The translations under genes and the position numbers were made by a program. This document shows, piece after piece, positions 49,696 through 59,684 of a stretch of 64,000 nucleotides of DNA. Location: contig OZ242005.1 in the NCBI GenBank assembly GCA_965204725.1, forward strand, positions 2,912,001 to 2,976,000, in the 5' to 3' direction. The DNA is from Candidatus Latescibacterota bacterium. GTDB taxonomy: Bacteria; Latescibacterota; UBA2968; UBA8231. Below the pieces are notes generated by a model. It was given only the letters and a program-made list of their open reading frames with translations, made no database searches and was not told the origin of the DNA. How positions within the stretch are numbered: position 1 is the stretch's first letter; each line of letters begins with the position of its first letter.

Positions 49696-51297
49696 ATGAC
49701 CGACCCTATTCTGCTCACCGACGAGCAGATGCGCGAGTTTATAGTCAATGGCTATCTGGTCTTTGAGCCGACCGTGCCCGAGGGGACGCACGAAGCGTGC
49801 TATGAGCAGCTCAATCAAATCATCGACTCGGAGCTAAACCCGGGCAACAATGTCCTGCCGCGGGTGCCGGCCATGCGCCACGTGCTCAACTCGCCCCAAG
49901 TGCGCGGGGCACTCATCAGCGTCTTAGGCCCGAACTACTTGGAGCATCCGCACCGCTACTGCCACTCCCTCAAGCCCGAGGAGGACGCCGTGCCCGCGCC
50001 CGAGGCCGAGGCAAGGCTGCGCCGCAACTGCCATCAGGATGGGTACACGCCCATGGGCCATCCGCGCCAGCACTACCTGCGCTATGCGCGCATCATGTAT
50101 TACCCGCAGGATTCGCCGGTCGAACTGGGGCCGACACACGTGATCCCGGGTACGCAGTTCAATCGCGGGCTGACCGACGAGGACCGGGCGCGCGCCTTGC
50201 CACTGGCCGGCCGGGCCGGTACGGTGTCCCTGACGCACTTCGACGTGGGCCACGCGGCCGGCGTCAGCCTGCTGCCGATGCGCCGGCACATGATCAAGTT
50301 CATCTACATGCGGGCCTCCGAGCCGACGGCCCCGACTTGGGACTGCCACAGTACGCACTGGCAAAAGCCCCAGCGCATTGAGCCGCCCTACGATCTGGAA
50401 CTGGCTTGGGCGCACACTTGGGACTGGCTCTGCGGCCAGCGGGACCGCTACGCGAGCTGGCCTCAAGCCGCTGGGGACGTGGCGGCCCTCATCGCCCAGC
50501 TCGACCCAAGCGTGGATCTGGCGCAGCGGCTTGCCGCGGCCCAGCAGTTGGCTGGCGCTGATGCGGCTGCGGCCGTGCCAACGCTCGTCGAGTGCTTGGG
50601 CACCGATCACCAAGCCATGCGCACGGCTGCGACCTACGCGCTGGGCGCGATCGGCGCACCGGCGGTCGAGCCGTTGGCCCAAGCCTTGCGCGAGGCCGGG
50701 CGCGAGGCCGACCAACACGAGGCCCCGCCCGCTTGGAACGAGGGCGCGACGAACATGGAAGACGCGGCGCAAGCCCTAGCGGCCGTTGGCGCGCCGGCGG
50801 TCGAGGCACTCTGTGCATTGTTGGCGGACGAAAGCGAGTGGACGCGCGTCAACGCCGCCTTTGCCCTCGGGGAGATGGATTCGCATGCGGTGGCCGCCGT
50901 CCCGGCGCTGACGAGGACCCTCCAAGACAGCTCACACCGCTTGGTGCGCACGGCTCTGGTCGCTCTCGGCAATATCGCGCAGGGCGTACCTGTAGAAGCC
51001 TTGGGGAACATGCTCTCGGCCGACCATCCAGACTGGCGAGAGGAAGCTGTCCGCCGCTGGGTCCCCCGCGATCAGGTGCGGACCAACGCCGCGATAGCCT
51101 GCGCCCAGCTCGGCCAAGCCGCCGCTCCGTTAGAACCCCAGCTCTTCAGGGCACTCGACGACCCCTGCGGCCACGTGGGCGCATTCGCGCTTAGTGCCCT
51201 GCAACAGCTTGGCTCGCCCACAGCCAAGCAAGCCGCAATGGACTACCTCTACTCGCAACGCTGGGATGCGGCTATCGACGGCGAGCGACAGTTTTAA
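49696..51297 (+). CDS. Phytanoyl-CoA dioxygenase-like domain fused to HEAT repeats
   Basis: HQDG, YYPQD, GPTHVIPG; repeated R..AA.ALG HEAT motifs; AAGGAG RBS. Confidence 0.85.
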   Translation: MTDPILLTDEQMREFIVNGYLVFEPTVPEGTHEACYEQLNQIIDSELNPGNNVLPRVPAMRHVLNSPQVRGALISVLGPNYLEHPHRYCHSLKPEEDAVPAPEAEARLRRNCHQDGYTPMGHPRQHYLRYARIMYYPQDSPVELGPTHVIPGTQFNRGLTDEDRARALPLAGRAGTVSLTHFDVGHAAGVSLLPMRRHMIKFIYMRASEPTAPTWDCHSTHWQKPQRIEPPYDLELAWAHTWDWLCGQRDRYASWPQAAGDVAALIAQLDPSVDLAQRLAAAQQLAGADAAAAVPTLVECLGTDHQAMRTAATYALGAIGAPAVEPLAQALREAGREADQHEAPPAWNEGATNMEDAAQALAAVGAPAVEALCALLADESEWTRVNAAFALGEMDSHAVAAVPALTRTLQDSSHRLVRTALVALGNIAQGVPVEALGNMLSADHPDWREEAVRRWVPRDQVRTNAAIACAQLGQAAAPLEPQLFRALDDPCGHVGAFALSALQQLGSPTAKQAAMDYLYSQRWDAAIDGERQF

Positions 51298-52211
51298 TGT
51301 CCACTGCCCACATCACCCGCGCCCTCTCCACAATGGACGAGCCTTTTGTGCGCTACAAGATCCGCCTCAACGTCTCGACTCGCCCGCCCAGCGAGCGCGA
51401 GATTCGCATTCTCCGGGCCGAGATCCGCGAGTCGGTTTTGGTCCGAACCCTCTTGGCCGAGTTGGATGCTGCTGGCCGCATTCCCCTCCGGCCGAGCCAC
51501 CGCTGGCGCGGCGTCCATTGGGTGCTCTACATGCTGGCCGACCTAGGCTCCGCGCCCCGCGACGAGAGCCTCTGGGGCCTGCGCGACCAAGTGTGCGAGT
51601 GGCTTTTAGACCCCAATCGCCCCGAGCCGGTCTGCGGCGCGATTGAGGGCAATGCGCTGTATTACTTGCTCTTCCTCGAGATCGACGATGGCCGCGCCGA
51701 CGCCTTGGCCCAGCGCCTCGCGGGCCGCTTGCCCAAGGCATTGGGCCGCAGTCCGGCTGCCTTCGGCCAAGCGCTCACGGCCCTGCGCGGCCTCGCCCTG
51801 CACACCCGCCTCCGTGCCAACCGCGCTTCCGGCGAGGCAGCCGCCCGCCTCGCCGAGCACTTGCTCGCCCACCGCCTCTACCAAAAGCCCGATGGCCGCC
51901 CCTTGAGCGCGGACTGCGCCTCGTTGCACTATCCCTGCTACGAGCACTGCGACTTCCTCTTTGGCCTCAAGGTTATGGTCGAAACCGGCCAGATCGCCGA
52001 TGCGCGTTGCCGCGCTGCGCTCGACCTGCTCAAGTCGAAACAACTCGCCGACGGCGCGTTCCCAGCTGAGCGCAAACACTACCGAGTCGGGCGCGTCGGC
52101 AAGGGCGACGACTCCCTCGTTGATTGGGGGCGGCCCAACCGCCGCCGGCCCAACCTCCACGTCACCTGCGACGCGCTCGGCGTGCTCCACGCTGCGGGCG
52201 AGCGGTTTTGA
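51297..52211 (+). CDS. Hypothetical protein, prenyltransferase/terpene-cyclase-like fold
   Basis: WRGVHW, LHYPCY, ALDLLKSKQLADGAFPAE (QW-like motif). Confidence 0.6.
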   Translation: MSTAHITRALSTMDEPFVRYKIRLNVSTRPPSEREIRILRAEIRESVLVRTLLAELDAAGRIPLRPSHRWRGVHWVLYMLADLGSAPRDESLWGLRDQVCEWLLDPNRPEPVCGAIEGNALYYLLFLEIDDGRADALAQRLAGRLPKALGRSPAAFGQALTALRGLALHTRLRANRASGEAAARLAEHLLAHRLYQKPDGRPLSADCASLHYPCYEHCDFLFGLKVMVETGQIADARCRAALDLLKSKQLADGAFPAERKHYRVGRVGKGDDSLVDWGRPNRRRPNLHVTCDALGVLHAAGERF

Positions 52212-53182
52212 ACACCGCCGCAAAGATGCGCGCTCTGCCGTTGTTTTTCGCCCTCGCTCTTGCGGGCTGCTATGCGGCCGCGCTCTCGCCCGACCCCTTG
52301 GGCCACTTTGTTGCGCGCACCGATCACCTCCACCGCCTAGAGCCGCTCGGCGAGCGCATATTGCACGGGGCCGCGCTCAGTCTTGGGCCGCTGGCCCCCG
52401 AAGAGCAGACGCGCCCGCTCGTCTATGCTGTGTACTACGAGCTCCACGACCTGCCCTACGACTGGCATCTGACCTTGCTCTCGCATCTGGACCAGCACGT
52501 CGGCTACGGGCTTCCGCAGATTGACCTCGGTTTTAACGCGGCCGGCCAGCCCTACGAGGCGGCCATTGCCGCGGGCGAGCTCGACGAGGCGATTGAGCGG
52601 CTCTGCTGGGGGTTGCAGCAGCTAGGCCGCCCGGTCCTGTTGAGGTTGGGCTATGCGTTCAACAGCTCTTGGCGCGCCTACGAGGCGACGAGCTACATCG
52701 AGGCTTGGCAGCGGCTGGCGCAAACGCTGCGAGGGCGCTGGGGCTTGGATAATGTCGCGCTGATCTGGACGCATAAGGCCGACGGTCGTCCCGATTACTT
52801 GGCGTACTATCCGGGGGATGAGTACGTCGATTGGTGGTCCATTGACGTGACCGCGCCGCACACCCTGCGCCGCAGCCGCGCTTTTATCGAGGCGGCGCAG
52901 GAGCGCGGCTACCCGGTGCTCGTCGGCGTGGTCACGCCAACGACCGCGGACCTGAGCCGGGCCGAGCAGGCGTGGCCCCATTGGTTCATCCCCTTCCTCC
53001 GCTTTTTGCGCCACCATCCCAACATCAAGGCATTTACTTATATAGATTGGGATTGGTCACAGGCGCAGCGCTTTGTTGATCCCGTGCTCTTTGCCCGCTA
53101 CCGCAGCGAGTTGGCGCACCCGATTTACCAACACTCGGCCTCGCCCGCCGAGTTGCGCTGGCACTTAAACGTCAATCCCTAG
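52208..53182 (+). CDS. GH26-like glycoside hydrolase fold lipoprotein
   Basis: PVLLRLGYAFN, NVALIW, YYPGDEYVDWWSID; lipobox LAGC; start uncertain. Confidence 0.75.
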   Translation: MNTAAKMRALPLFFALALAGCYAAALSPDPLGHFVARTDHLHRLEPLGERILHGAALSLGPLAPEEQTRPLVYAVYYELHDLPYDWHLTLLSHLDQHVGYGLPQIDLGFNAAGQPYEAAIAAGELDEAIERLCWGLQQLGRPVLLRLGYAFNSSWRAYEATSYIEAWQRLAQTLRGRWGLDNVALIWTHKADGRPDYLAYYPGDEYVDWWSIDVTAPHTLRRSRAFIEAAQERGYPVLVGVVTPTTADLSRAEQAWPHWFIPFLRFLRHHPNIKAFTYIDWDWSQAQRFVDPVLFARYRSELAHPIYQHSASPAELRWHLNVNP

Positions 53183-53204
53183 CTTTAGAGAAAGGACGCA
53201 TCCG

Positions 53205-54083
53205 ATGGATACAGTCGATGTTCACGTTCACGTCTTTGACCGGCCGAGCGAGCGATTCCCCCGCGAGCTGAGCAGCCTCGCCCCGGCCGACCGCTCCTGC
53301 CCGATAGAGGCCCTCATAGCCGACATGGATGCTTCGGGCATCGACCGCGCCGTGCTGATCGAAATGAACGGCACCCAAATTGAGCAACACGCCTATGTCG
53401 CGCATTGCGTGCGGACGTGGCCCGAGTGCTTTACCGCGACCGGCCTGATCGACGCAAACGATCCAGACCCGCCCGCTCGCCTGCGTGCGCTCGTCGCCGC
53501 GACCGGCATTGAGGGGATCCGGCTGGGGGCGTTGGGCGATCCGGCTGCCCAGCGGGCCGAGGACCTGTCCACGTACGCGCTCTTTGAGTGTGCCGCCGAG
53601 CTGGGGCTCAACATCAACATCTACACCGGTGGGGCTCAGTTTCCCTGCATCGCACTGCTGGCCGCGGCTTTTCCCAGCGTGAACATTTCCCTCGACCATC
53701 TCGGCGTGATGCCAACCACGCCCGGCGGACCAGACCAGTGGGGTCGTCCCCGCTTTGACGCCGAGCCGCTGCCACCGGCCAACTATCCGCAGATGCTGGC
53801 GCTCGCTCGATTTCCCAACGTCTATGTCAAAATCTCCGGGGAGTACGCGTTTTCCAAGCAGCCTTGGCCCTACGCGGACATGCGGCCCATGGTCGAGGAC
53901 GTGTATCGGGCCTACGGCGCAGACCGCATGATGTGGTGTACGGATTCGCCGTGGATTGTGGTCGAGCCGGGATACCAAAAGCTGGTGGATTTACTCGACT
54001 GTCACCTGCCGGATATTTCCGCCGCGGAAAAAGAGATGATCATGGGCGGGACGGCGCTGAAGCTGTGGTTTAAGGAGGGCTAG
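53205..54083 (+). CDS. Amidohydrolase_2 family protein
   Basis: DVHVHVF, LDHLG, NVYVKISG, MWCTDSPW. Confidence 0.9.
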   Translation: MDTVDVHVHVFDRPSERFPRELSSLAPADRSCPIEALIADMDASGIDRAVLIEMNGTQIEQHAYVAHCVRTWPECFTATGLIDANDPDPPARLRALVAATGIEGIRLGALGDPAAQRAEDLSTYALFECAAELGLNINIYTGGAQFPCIALLAAAFPSVNISLDHLGVMPTTPGGPDQWGRPRFDAEPLPPANYPQMLALARFPNVYVKISGEYAFSKQPWPYADMRPMVEDVYRAYGADRMMWCTDSPWIVVEPGYQKLVDLLDCHLPDISAAEKEMIMGGTALKLWFKEG

Positions 54084-54131
54084 GGGATGGCTCTGAAGAA
54101 GTCTCAACAGGTGGGTTTTCAGACAGCCTCT

Positions 54132-54212
54132 AAGGATCGAGGGCATCTTGCCCTCGTCGAGGGCGGGACGCCCTCGATCCCGGACGTAGCACAGTAGGTG
54201 TCGCGTACTTAG
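54132..54212. repeat. Palindromic REP-like dispersed repeat, copy 2
   Basis: Matches 1530-1623. Confidence 0.85.
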
Positions 54213-54276
54213 ATCGTTTAGTATAACTCAAAAAGGTTCTGCTCTGGCAAAAACGACGACAGCGCGGCGCGATTTC

Positions 54277-55053
54277 TCCGTCGCCGTAACCACCACCTCG
54301 CGCCCCCGGCCCCAAGAGTGTGCGACCGCCCGCGGCCTCGCGACCGCAACCGGCTGCCCCTACGTGCCCCGGGGCCAAGACGCGCTCGCCCAAACCGCTG
54401 GCCGCGCTGGCTGCACCGGCCTACTCGTGGTCGAGCGCACTGATCTTTCTCTGTGGGTTGCCGGGCGGCGTTTCCGCTACCATCCCAACATGGCCAAGCT
54501 GCGCGTGTTGGCCTTGCGACAACGCAAAAGGGATGCCCTAATCGCCGCTATGGAGATCGCCCCGGGAGAAAGCGTCCTCGACTGCACCTGCGGACTGGGG
54601 GCCGACGCCATCGTCGCCTCTTGGGTGGTTCGCCCGGCGGGCCGCGTGCGCGCCCTCGAAGCCTCGCCCCTGTTGGCCCTGCTAGTTGAGCGCGGCATGG
54701 CCTCCTGTGTGCTCGACGACCCGCCCGACCTCGTCCCGGCCATGCGCCGCGTCGAGGTTTGCTGCGCCGACTTTGCCCGCTATCTGCGCGACGAAGCCGA
54801 CAACACTTGGGATGTCGTGTACTTCGATCCCATGTTCACGGAGACCATTGCCGGCTCCGAGGGACTAAATTTGGTCCGCTGCTTGGCCGAGGAGGGCGGC
54901 CCTTCCCCGGCCGACCTAGACCAAGCCCGCCGCGTCGCTCGCCGCCGAGTGGTAATGAAGGATCGCCGGCCCGGCCACGCGCTCACCCACCTTGGTTTTG
55001 CCAAAGTCGAGGAAGGCCGCCGCGTCTGCTACGGCGCACTCCCCGCTTGGTAG
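54277..55053 (+). CDS. RsmJ-like class I SAM methyltransferase, N-terminal frameshift
   Basis: YHPNMA, VLDCTCGLGADA, VVYFDPMF, RRVVMK; an upstream VAVTTTSRP segment is out of frame at ~54326; start unresolved. Confidence 0.8.
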   Translation, partial: SVAVTTTSRPRPQECATARGLATATGCPYVPRGQDALAQTAGRAGCTGLLVVERTDLSLWVAGRRFRYHPNMAKLRVLALRQRKRDALIAAMEIAPGESVLDCTCGLGADAIVASWVVRPAGRVRALEASPLLALLVERGMASCVLDDPPDLVPAMRRVEVCCADFARYLRDEADNTWDVVYFDPMFTETIAGSEGLNLVRCLAEEGGPSPADLDQARRVARRRVVMKDRRPGHALTHLGFAKVEEGRRVCYGALPAW

Positions 55054-55080
55054 CTGTCCATAAGATGAAAGGAACGGATC

Positions 55081-55845
55081 GTGGAGCTATCCTGTTGTGC
55101 TTGGGCCTTGACCGGCCCGGAAGAAGACGCCCTTACTGCGCTGGCCGCTATCGGCTTCCGCTCCATTGACGTGCAGGCCAAGACCTTTGTCGGCCCCACA
55201 GCGCGAGCGCGCATCGACGACCTCGGCCTGTCGGTCTCCTGCCTCGCGCTGTCTTTTAACATGGAAGACGGTGCGGCTCTCGACGGCACGACAGCCGCTG
55301 CCCGACAAGCCGCCCTCGACCACTGCCGAGAAGCCCTCGACCACGCCGCCGCCCTCGGCGCCCGCACCGCGTACGTAGTCCCGGGAATCGATGCGGCCGC
55401 GCTGCCCCAGTTTGGCGAGGCCCTAAGACACGTGGCAGACTTCGCAGCCGAGCGGGCGATCCGCGTCGGGATTGAACACTTCCCCGGTAAGGCACTGCCG
55501 ACCGCGACCGGGACCTTAGAGTACCTGTCTCACCTGAATCACCCCAACCTCTACTTGCTCCTCGACACCGGGCATCTACAGATCGCTAGGGAAGACCCGG
55601 CCGCGGTCATCGCTGCGGCCGGAGACCGGCTCGGGTACGTGCATCTAGACGACAACGACGGGGAGGCCGACTTGCACTGGCCCCTGCTGGCGGGTGTGCT
55701 GACTGAGGAAGCGCTCGCCGCGACTTTCGCCGCCCTCGCTCTAAGTCCGTACGACGGCCCGGCGAGCATTGAGCTCAGCTCCCAACTTCCCACCCCCAGG
55801 GCCGCCTTGGCCCAAAGCCGCGCTTGCGCCTTGCAATGCGGCTAA
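55081..55845 (+). CDS. Sugar phosphate isomerase/epimerase (AP endonuclease 2 TIM barrel)
   Basis: GIEH, LDTGH, VHLDDNDG..DLH, SIEL. Confidence 0.88.
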   Translation: MELSCCAWALTGPEEDALTALAAIGFRSIDVQAKTFVGPTARARIDDLGLSVSCLALSFNMEDGAALDGTTAAARQAALDHCREALDHAAALGARTAYVVPGIDAAALPQFGEALRHVADFAAERAIRVGIEHFPGKALPTATGTLEYLSHLNHPNLYLLLDTGHLQIAREDPAAVIAAAGDRLGYVHLDDNDGEADLHWPLLAGVLTEEALAATFAALALSPYDGPASIELSSQLPTPRAALAQSRACALQCG

Positions 55846-55868
55846 CCGAGCAAAGTAGAAAGTAGATC

Positions 55869-57596
55869 ATGCCCATCCTGCTTTTAGTTGCCTTGGCCTT
55901 CATCGCCTGCACTGGCGAAGAGGGCGGATACGTTCTCAAAAAGGTGCCGCGCAACCGGACTTTGATCATGGATTGTCCCGAGGCCAATACCTGTGCCGGC
56001 CAGATTAAAGATTACAACTCCTTCAACCCCTTCATCCCGGGCAGCATCTCGCGGATCGGGTTCAACTTCCTGTACGAGCCGCTCTACTTCTTCAATGCCT
56101 ACGAGGAAAATTCCGCGCTAATGCCTTGGATCGCCGAGAGCCACCGCTTCAACGAGGATTACACCGAGCTGGAGGTCAAAATCCGTCCAGGCGTCGAGTG
56201 GAGCGACGGCCAGCCGTGGTCGGCGCACGACTTGGCCTTTACCATCAACATGCTCGTGGAGCACGCCCCCCAGCTCGTGTACTCGACGGATATGGCGACT
56301 TGGGTCAAAGAGGCGGTCGCCCTCGACAGCCTGACGGCGCGCATCACCCTCAAGGAGCCCAATCCGCGCTTCCTCTTCAGCTACTTCGTCCACAGCGGCG
56401 ACCAAGGCGTCCCCATCGTGCCCAAGCATATCTGGGCGGGCAAAGACCCCCTGACTTTTGCCAACTTCGACCTGCAAAAAGGCTGGCCGGTTGTGACCGG
56501 CCCCTATCATATTGCGCGCTCGGAGCCGGCCCAACGGATCTGGGATCGGCGCGAGGGCTGGTGGGCGGAGAAACTCGGCTTTCAGGAACCGCCGCAGGTC
56601 GAGCGGCTGATTTACCTGACCTACATGGAGGAGCACAAGCGCGTCCAAAACCTGATCGCCAACAACATCGACACCTGCTTGGAGCTGCGCCCGGCCAACA
56701 TGGTTTCCCTATTGGAGCGCAATCGCAACATCACGACTTGGACTGGCCGCGAGCCGCCGTATAGCTACATCACTTGGTGGCCCATATCGCTGGGGTTCAA
56801 CGGGCTAGAAGCCCCTTGGTCCGATCCCGCGATGCGCCGCGCGGTCAACTACGCCATTGACCGCGAGCGGCTCGTGACCATCGGCTGGCAAAACTCAGGG
56901 GCATGGACCCTGCTGCCCTTACCCGATCTCCCGCAGATGCAGCGGTATTTTGCCCTCGCCGAGGATTTGGTCGCCGAGCACCAAGTCGGCGTCTTCGACT
57001 TGGCAAAGAGCGCGGAGATACTCGCCGGCAAAGGCTACATGCACAACGGGGTTTTCTGGGAAAAGGACGGGCAACCTCTGCGCATGGTCATCGACATCTT
57101 CTCGCACTTTCAGGACCTGACGCCGGTGCTCATCGCCCAGCTCAAAAAGGCCGGCATCGACGCCTCCTTCCGCATGACCTCAGACTTTTCTACGCGCCTA
57201 CGCCAAGGCACGGCTCGCACCTACCTAATTGGCAATTTCAGCTCCATGCGCGACCCCTATTTTGTCCTGCGCCAGTACCAAAGCCGCTTTGTCCAGCCCA
57301 CGGGCGAACCGGCCGACATGCCTTGGCGTTGGCAAAACCCGGCTTACGACGCGCTGATCGACCAGATGGGCCAAACTCCGGCGGACGCCCCGGCGATGGA
57401 CGAGCTCTACCGCAAGGCCATGGACATCTGGCTTGCCGAATTGCCCTCCATTCCCCTCGTCCAGTGGCCGCACCGCATCCCGCACAACGAGACCTATTGG
57501 ACCAACTGGCCCAGCGCGGAAAACTCCTACATCAACAGCGCGTACTGGAGCCGCACTTGGCTTTTGGTGCTCTTGAACTTGCGGCCGCAGCGGTGA
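55869..57596 (+). CDS. ABC transporter substrate-binding lipoprotein, family 5
   Basis: Lipobox FIAC; LYEPL, IRPGVEWSDG, TGPY, MRRAVNYAIDR. Confidence 0.92.
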   Translation: MPILLLVALAFIACTGEEGGYVLKKVPRNRTLIMDCPEANTCAGQIKDYNSFNPFIPGSISRIGFNFLYEPLYFFNAYEENSALMPWIAESHRFNEDYTELEVKIRPGVEWSDGQPWSAHDLAFTINMLVEHAPQLVYSTDMATWVKEAVALDSLTARITLKEPNPRFLFSYFVHSGDQGVPIVPKHIWAGKDPLTFANFDLQKGWPVVTGPYHIARSEPAQRIWDRREGWWAEKLGFQEPPQVERLIYLTYMEEHKRVQNLIANNIDTCLELRPANMVSLLERNRNITTWTGREPPYSYITWWPISLGFNGLEAPWSDPAMRRAVNYAIDRERLVTIGWQNSGAWTLLPLPDLPQMQRYFALAEDLVAEHQVGVFDLAKSAEILAGKGYMHNGVFWEKDGQPLRMVIDIFSHFQDLTPVLIAQLKKAGIDASFRMTSDFSTRLRQGTARTYLIGNFSSMRDPYFVLRQYQSRFVQPTGEPADMPWRWQNPAYDALIDQMGQTPADAPAMDELYRKAMDIWLAELPSIPLVQWPHRIPHNETYWTNWPSAENSYINSAYWSRTWLLVLLNLRPQR

Positions 57597-57600
57597 TGGG

Positions 57601-58896
57601 TTACAAGAGCCGTCCCTCTTTTTGCAGAATATCTCCGGCAATCGCGTAGGTCGTTCCGTGCATGGCAATGACGACGAGGCCGATTCCGGCCGCGAGGTAG
57701 CCCCCGAGATACAAGTTGGGTACGTCAATCGACTCGTAGTTGTGGGCGTGGGTCTGTGCTTGATCCACTTGGAATCGGTAGTTGTCGCGCATGGGCGTTA
57801 GGGTCAGCGGCGCAAAGCCCTGCAAGATCGAATAGTCGGCCGTGCCGCCGATTTCCTTGATCACGTGATCGACCTCCACCGCTTGGTCGCCCTCGGACGT
57901 TTTCAGCCCGACTCGGCCATCCTCGGCGATCTGGGTCACCTCGGTGTGATACAAGGTTTTGAGCCGGGATGAGCGGCTTTCGAGGATTTCGGCGATGCGC
58001 TGGTAATAAGGCAACCCGTGGCGGCTGTCGTTGATTAGCTGCCAATGGACCGCTGGCCCTTGGCGCATGGCGTAGTACACCTGCTTGCCAGCGTCGTGCA
58101 ATTCGGTCGCGGCCCAATCGCCCGAGCGCCCGCCGCCAACGACGAGCACCCGCTCGCCGGGGAAGTCTTCGGGCTTGTCGTAGTGCGCGGTGGCAAAAGG
58201 ATAGGTCTCCCCCTCAACACCCAGCGACCGCAATCGACCGCGCTGGCCGGTTGCTAAGACCAAGTACTTACAGGTGTAGCGCTGCTCAACGCCCGTTTGC
58301 ACGTGCCGACTGGTGAGTTGAAAGCCCCTTTCGTGCGGTTCAATCCGCTCGACCTCCTCAAAGGTGCGAATGCGCTCCGCCACCTCAAAGCGCTCGGGCA
58401 CTCGGTGATAGTATTCGATCAAGTCGGTCTTGAGGATTAGGGCATTGACGTCTAAGGCGCGCCCGACTTCTGCGGCGTACTGGGCCAGCGGATAAAAGGC
58501 GAACTCCATCCACTGCCCCGGCGACAAGGTCAGCAGGTTGTGCGGTGCTCGGTTCCACAACCCGCCGACCGGCTCGCGGCTGATGAGCAGGGCGTCCAAC
58601 GGCTCGCCGCGCCGAAAGTCCATGGCGACTTGGTCCAGTTCCTCAAAAAGCTGGCGCGGGTGGTGCAGCGTGCGAAAGAGGTCAACGGGCTTGATGCCGC
58701 TCTGCACGAGCTGGCGCGTATCCAGCCCCAACAGCGAGCGGTCGAACTGCTGCAAGTACCCGGCGAGCGGCGCGTAGCGCACGGCAAACATCCGGCTGTT
58801 GCGGAAGAAAGGATGCCAGCCGCCCAAGACCACGGCGAGGGGTAGGCCCGCTGGCCCCCCGCCGACGATGATGACGGTGTGGTGTTCTGTGCTCAT
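57601..58896 (-). CDS. FAD/NAD(P)-dependent oxidoreductase (Pyr_redox_3-like)
   Basis: GGGPAG, VLATG, VVGGGRSG. Confidence 0.88.
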   Translation of the reverse strand: MSTEHHTVIIVGGGPAGLPLAVVLGGWHPFFRNSRMFAVRYAPLAGYLQQFDRSLLGLDTRQLVQSGIKPVDLFRTLHHPRQLFEELDQVAMDFRRGEPLDALLISREPVGGLWNRAPHNLLTLSPGQWMEFAFYPLAQYAAEVGRALDVNALILKTDLIEYYHRVPERFEVAERIRTFEEVERIEPHERGFQLTSRHVQTGVEQRYTCKYLVLATGQRGRLRSLGVEGETYPFATAHYDKPEDFPGERVLVVGGGRSGDWAATELHDAGKQVYYAMRQGPAVHWQLINDSRHGLPYYQRIAEILESRSSRLKTLYHTEVTQIAEDGRVGLKTSEGDQAVEVDHVIKEIGGTADYSILQGFAPLTLTPMRDNYRFQVDQAQTHAHNYESIDVPNLYLGGYLAAGIGLVVIAMHGTTYAIAGDILQKEGRLL

Positions 58897-59093
58897 CTCA
58901 TCTCGGTTGTTTCAGTCGTTTCAATCAAAGGCATTACCAGCTTACCAGCAGCACAACGAGCACGACGAAGGCAACGACAGCGAGGGCGGTACGGATTGAC
59001 GAGCGCGGGGCATGCGGGGTGCTCCCCGAGGCGATGAGCGGATAGAGTGACGCGCACCGAGTCGCGTGTACCAGGTGCGCGTATAGACAAGGA

Positions 59094-59531
59094 TTAGGGC
59101 TGGCTCAGATCGGTAGGCTCGTCGGGAGCAACAGGCGCGGCTTGAGCAACGGGCGCGGCCGGAGCGACCGGCGTAGCTTGCGGCCACTTGTGTACAGCCA
59201 GACCCCCCGCCGCCAGACCAATAGTAACCAGAATACCGATAACCCAACAAAAAATCGTGGATTGCTGACGCATATCATCCTTTATCTCGGCGCGCAAATC
59301 TTTCACCGCCGTATCCAATGCGCCACGCATCTCCTTGACCGCCTCATTCGTCATAAGACGCATCTCAGCAATCACCTGGTCAAACCGAGCCTCCACCTTC
59401 TCAAACCGAGCCTCCACCTTCTCAAACCGGGGTTCTAAGATGGCGCCGATCAATTCGATTTGCTCCTTGCTAAGGGTCGTGGAGCCTTGCCCGCGCTCTT
59501 GCTCTTGACCCTCTGTGCGTTGCTCGCTCAT
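59094..59531 (-). CDS. Coiled-coil protein with a C-terminal TM segment (DUF1640/Bdr-like)
   Basis: FEKVEAR tandem heptads, KDLRAEIK, WVIGILVTIGL. Confidence 0.7.
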   Translation of the reverse strand: MSEQRTEGQEQERGQGSTTLSKEQIELIGAILEPRFEKVEARFEKVEARFDQVIAEMRLMTNEAVKEMRGALDTAVKDLRAEIKDDMRQQSTIFCWVIGILVTIGLAAGGLAVHKWPQATPVAPAAPVAQAAPVAPDEPTDLSQP

Positions 59532-59684
59532 AGCTCGTCCCCCGATGGGAATAGTGAATATATAATACAAACTCCTCGTAAGAGGTAAAAACTGCCAAAA
59601 AAAAGGCCGACACCCGAAACCCATCGAGTGCCGACCTTGACCTAAACTACCAACGAATAAGACAGACAGACCTACTCGTCATCG

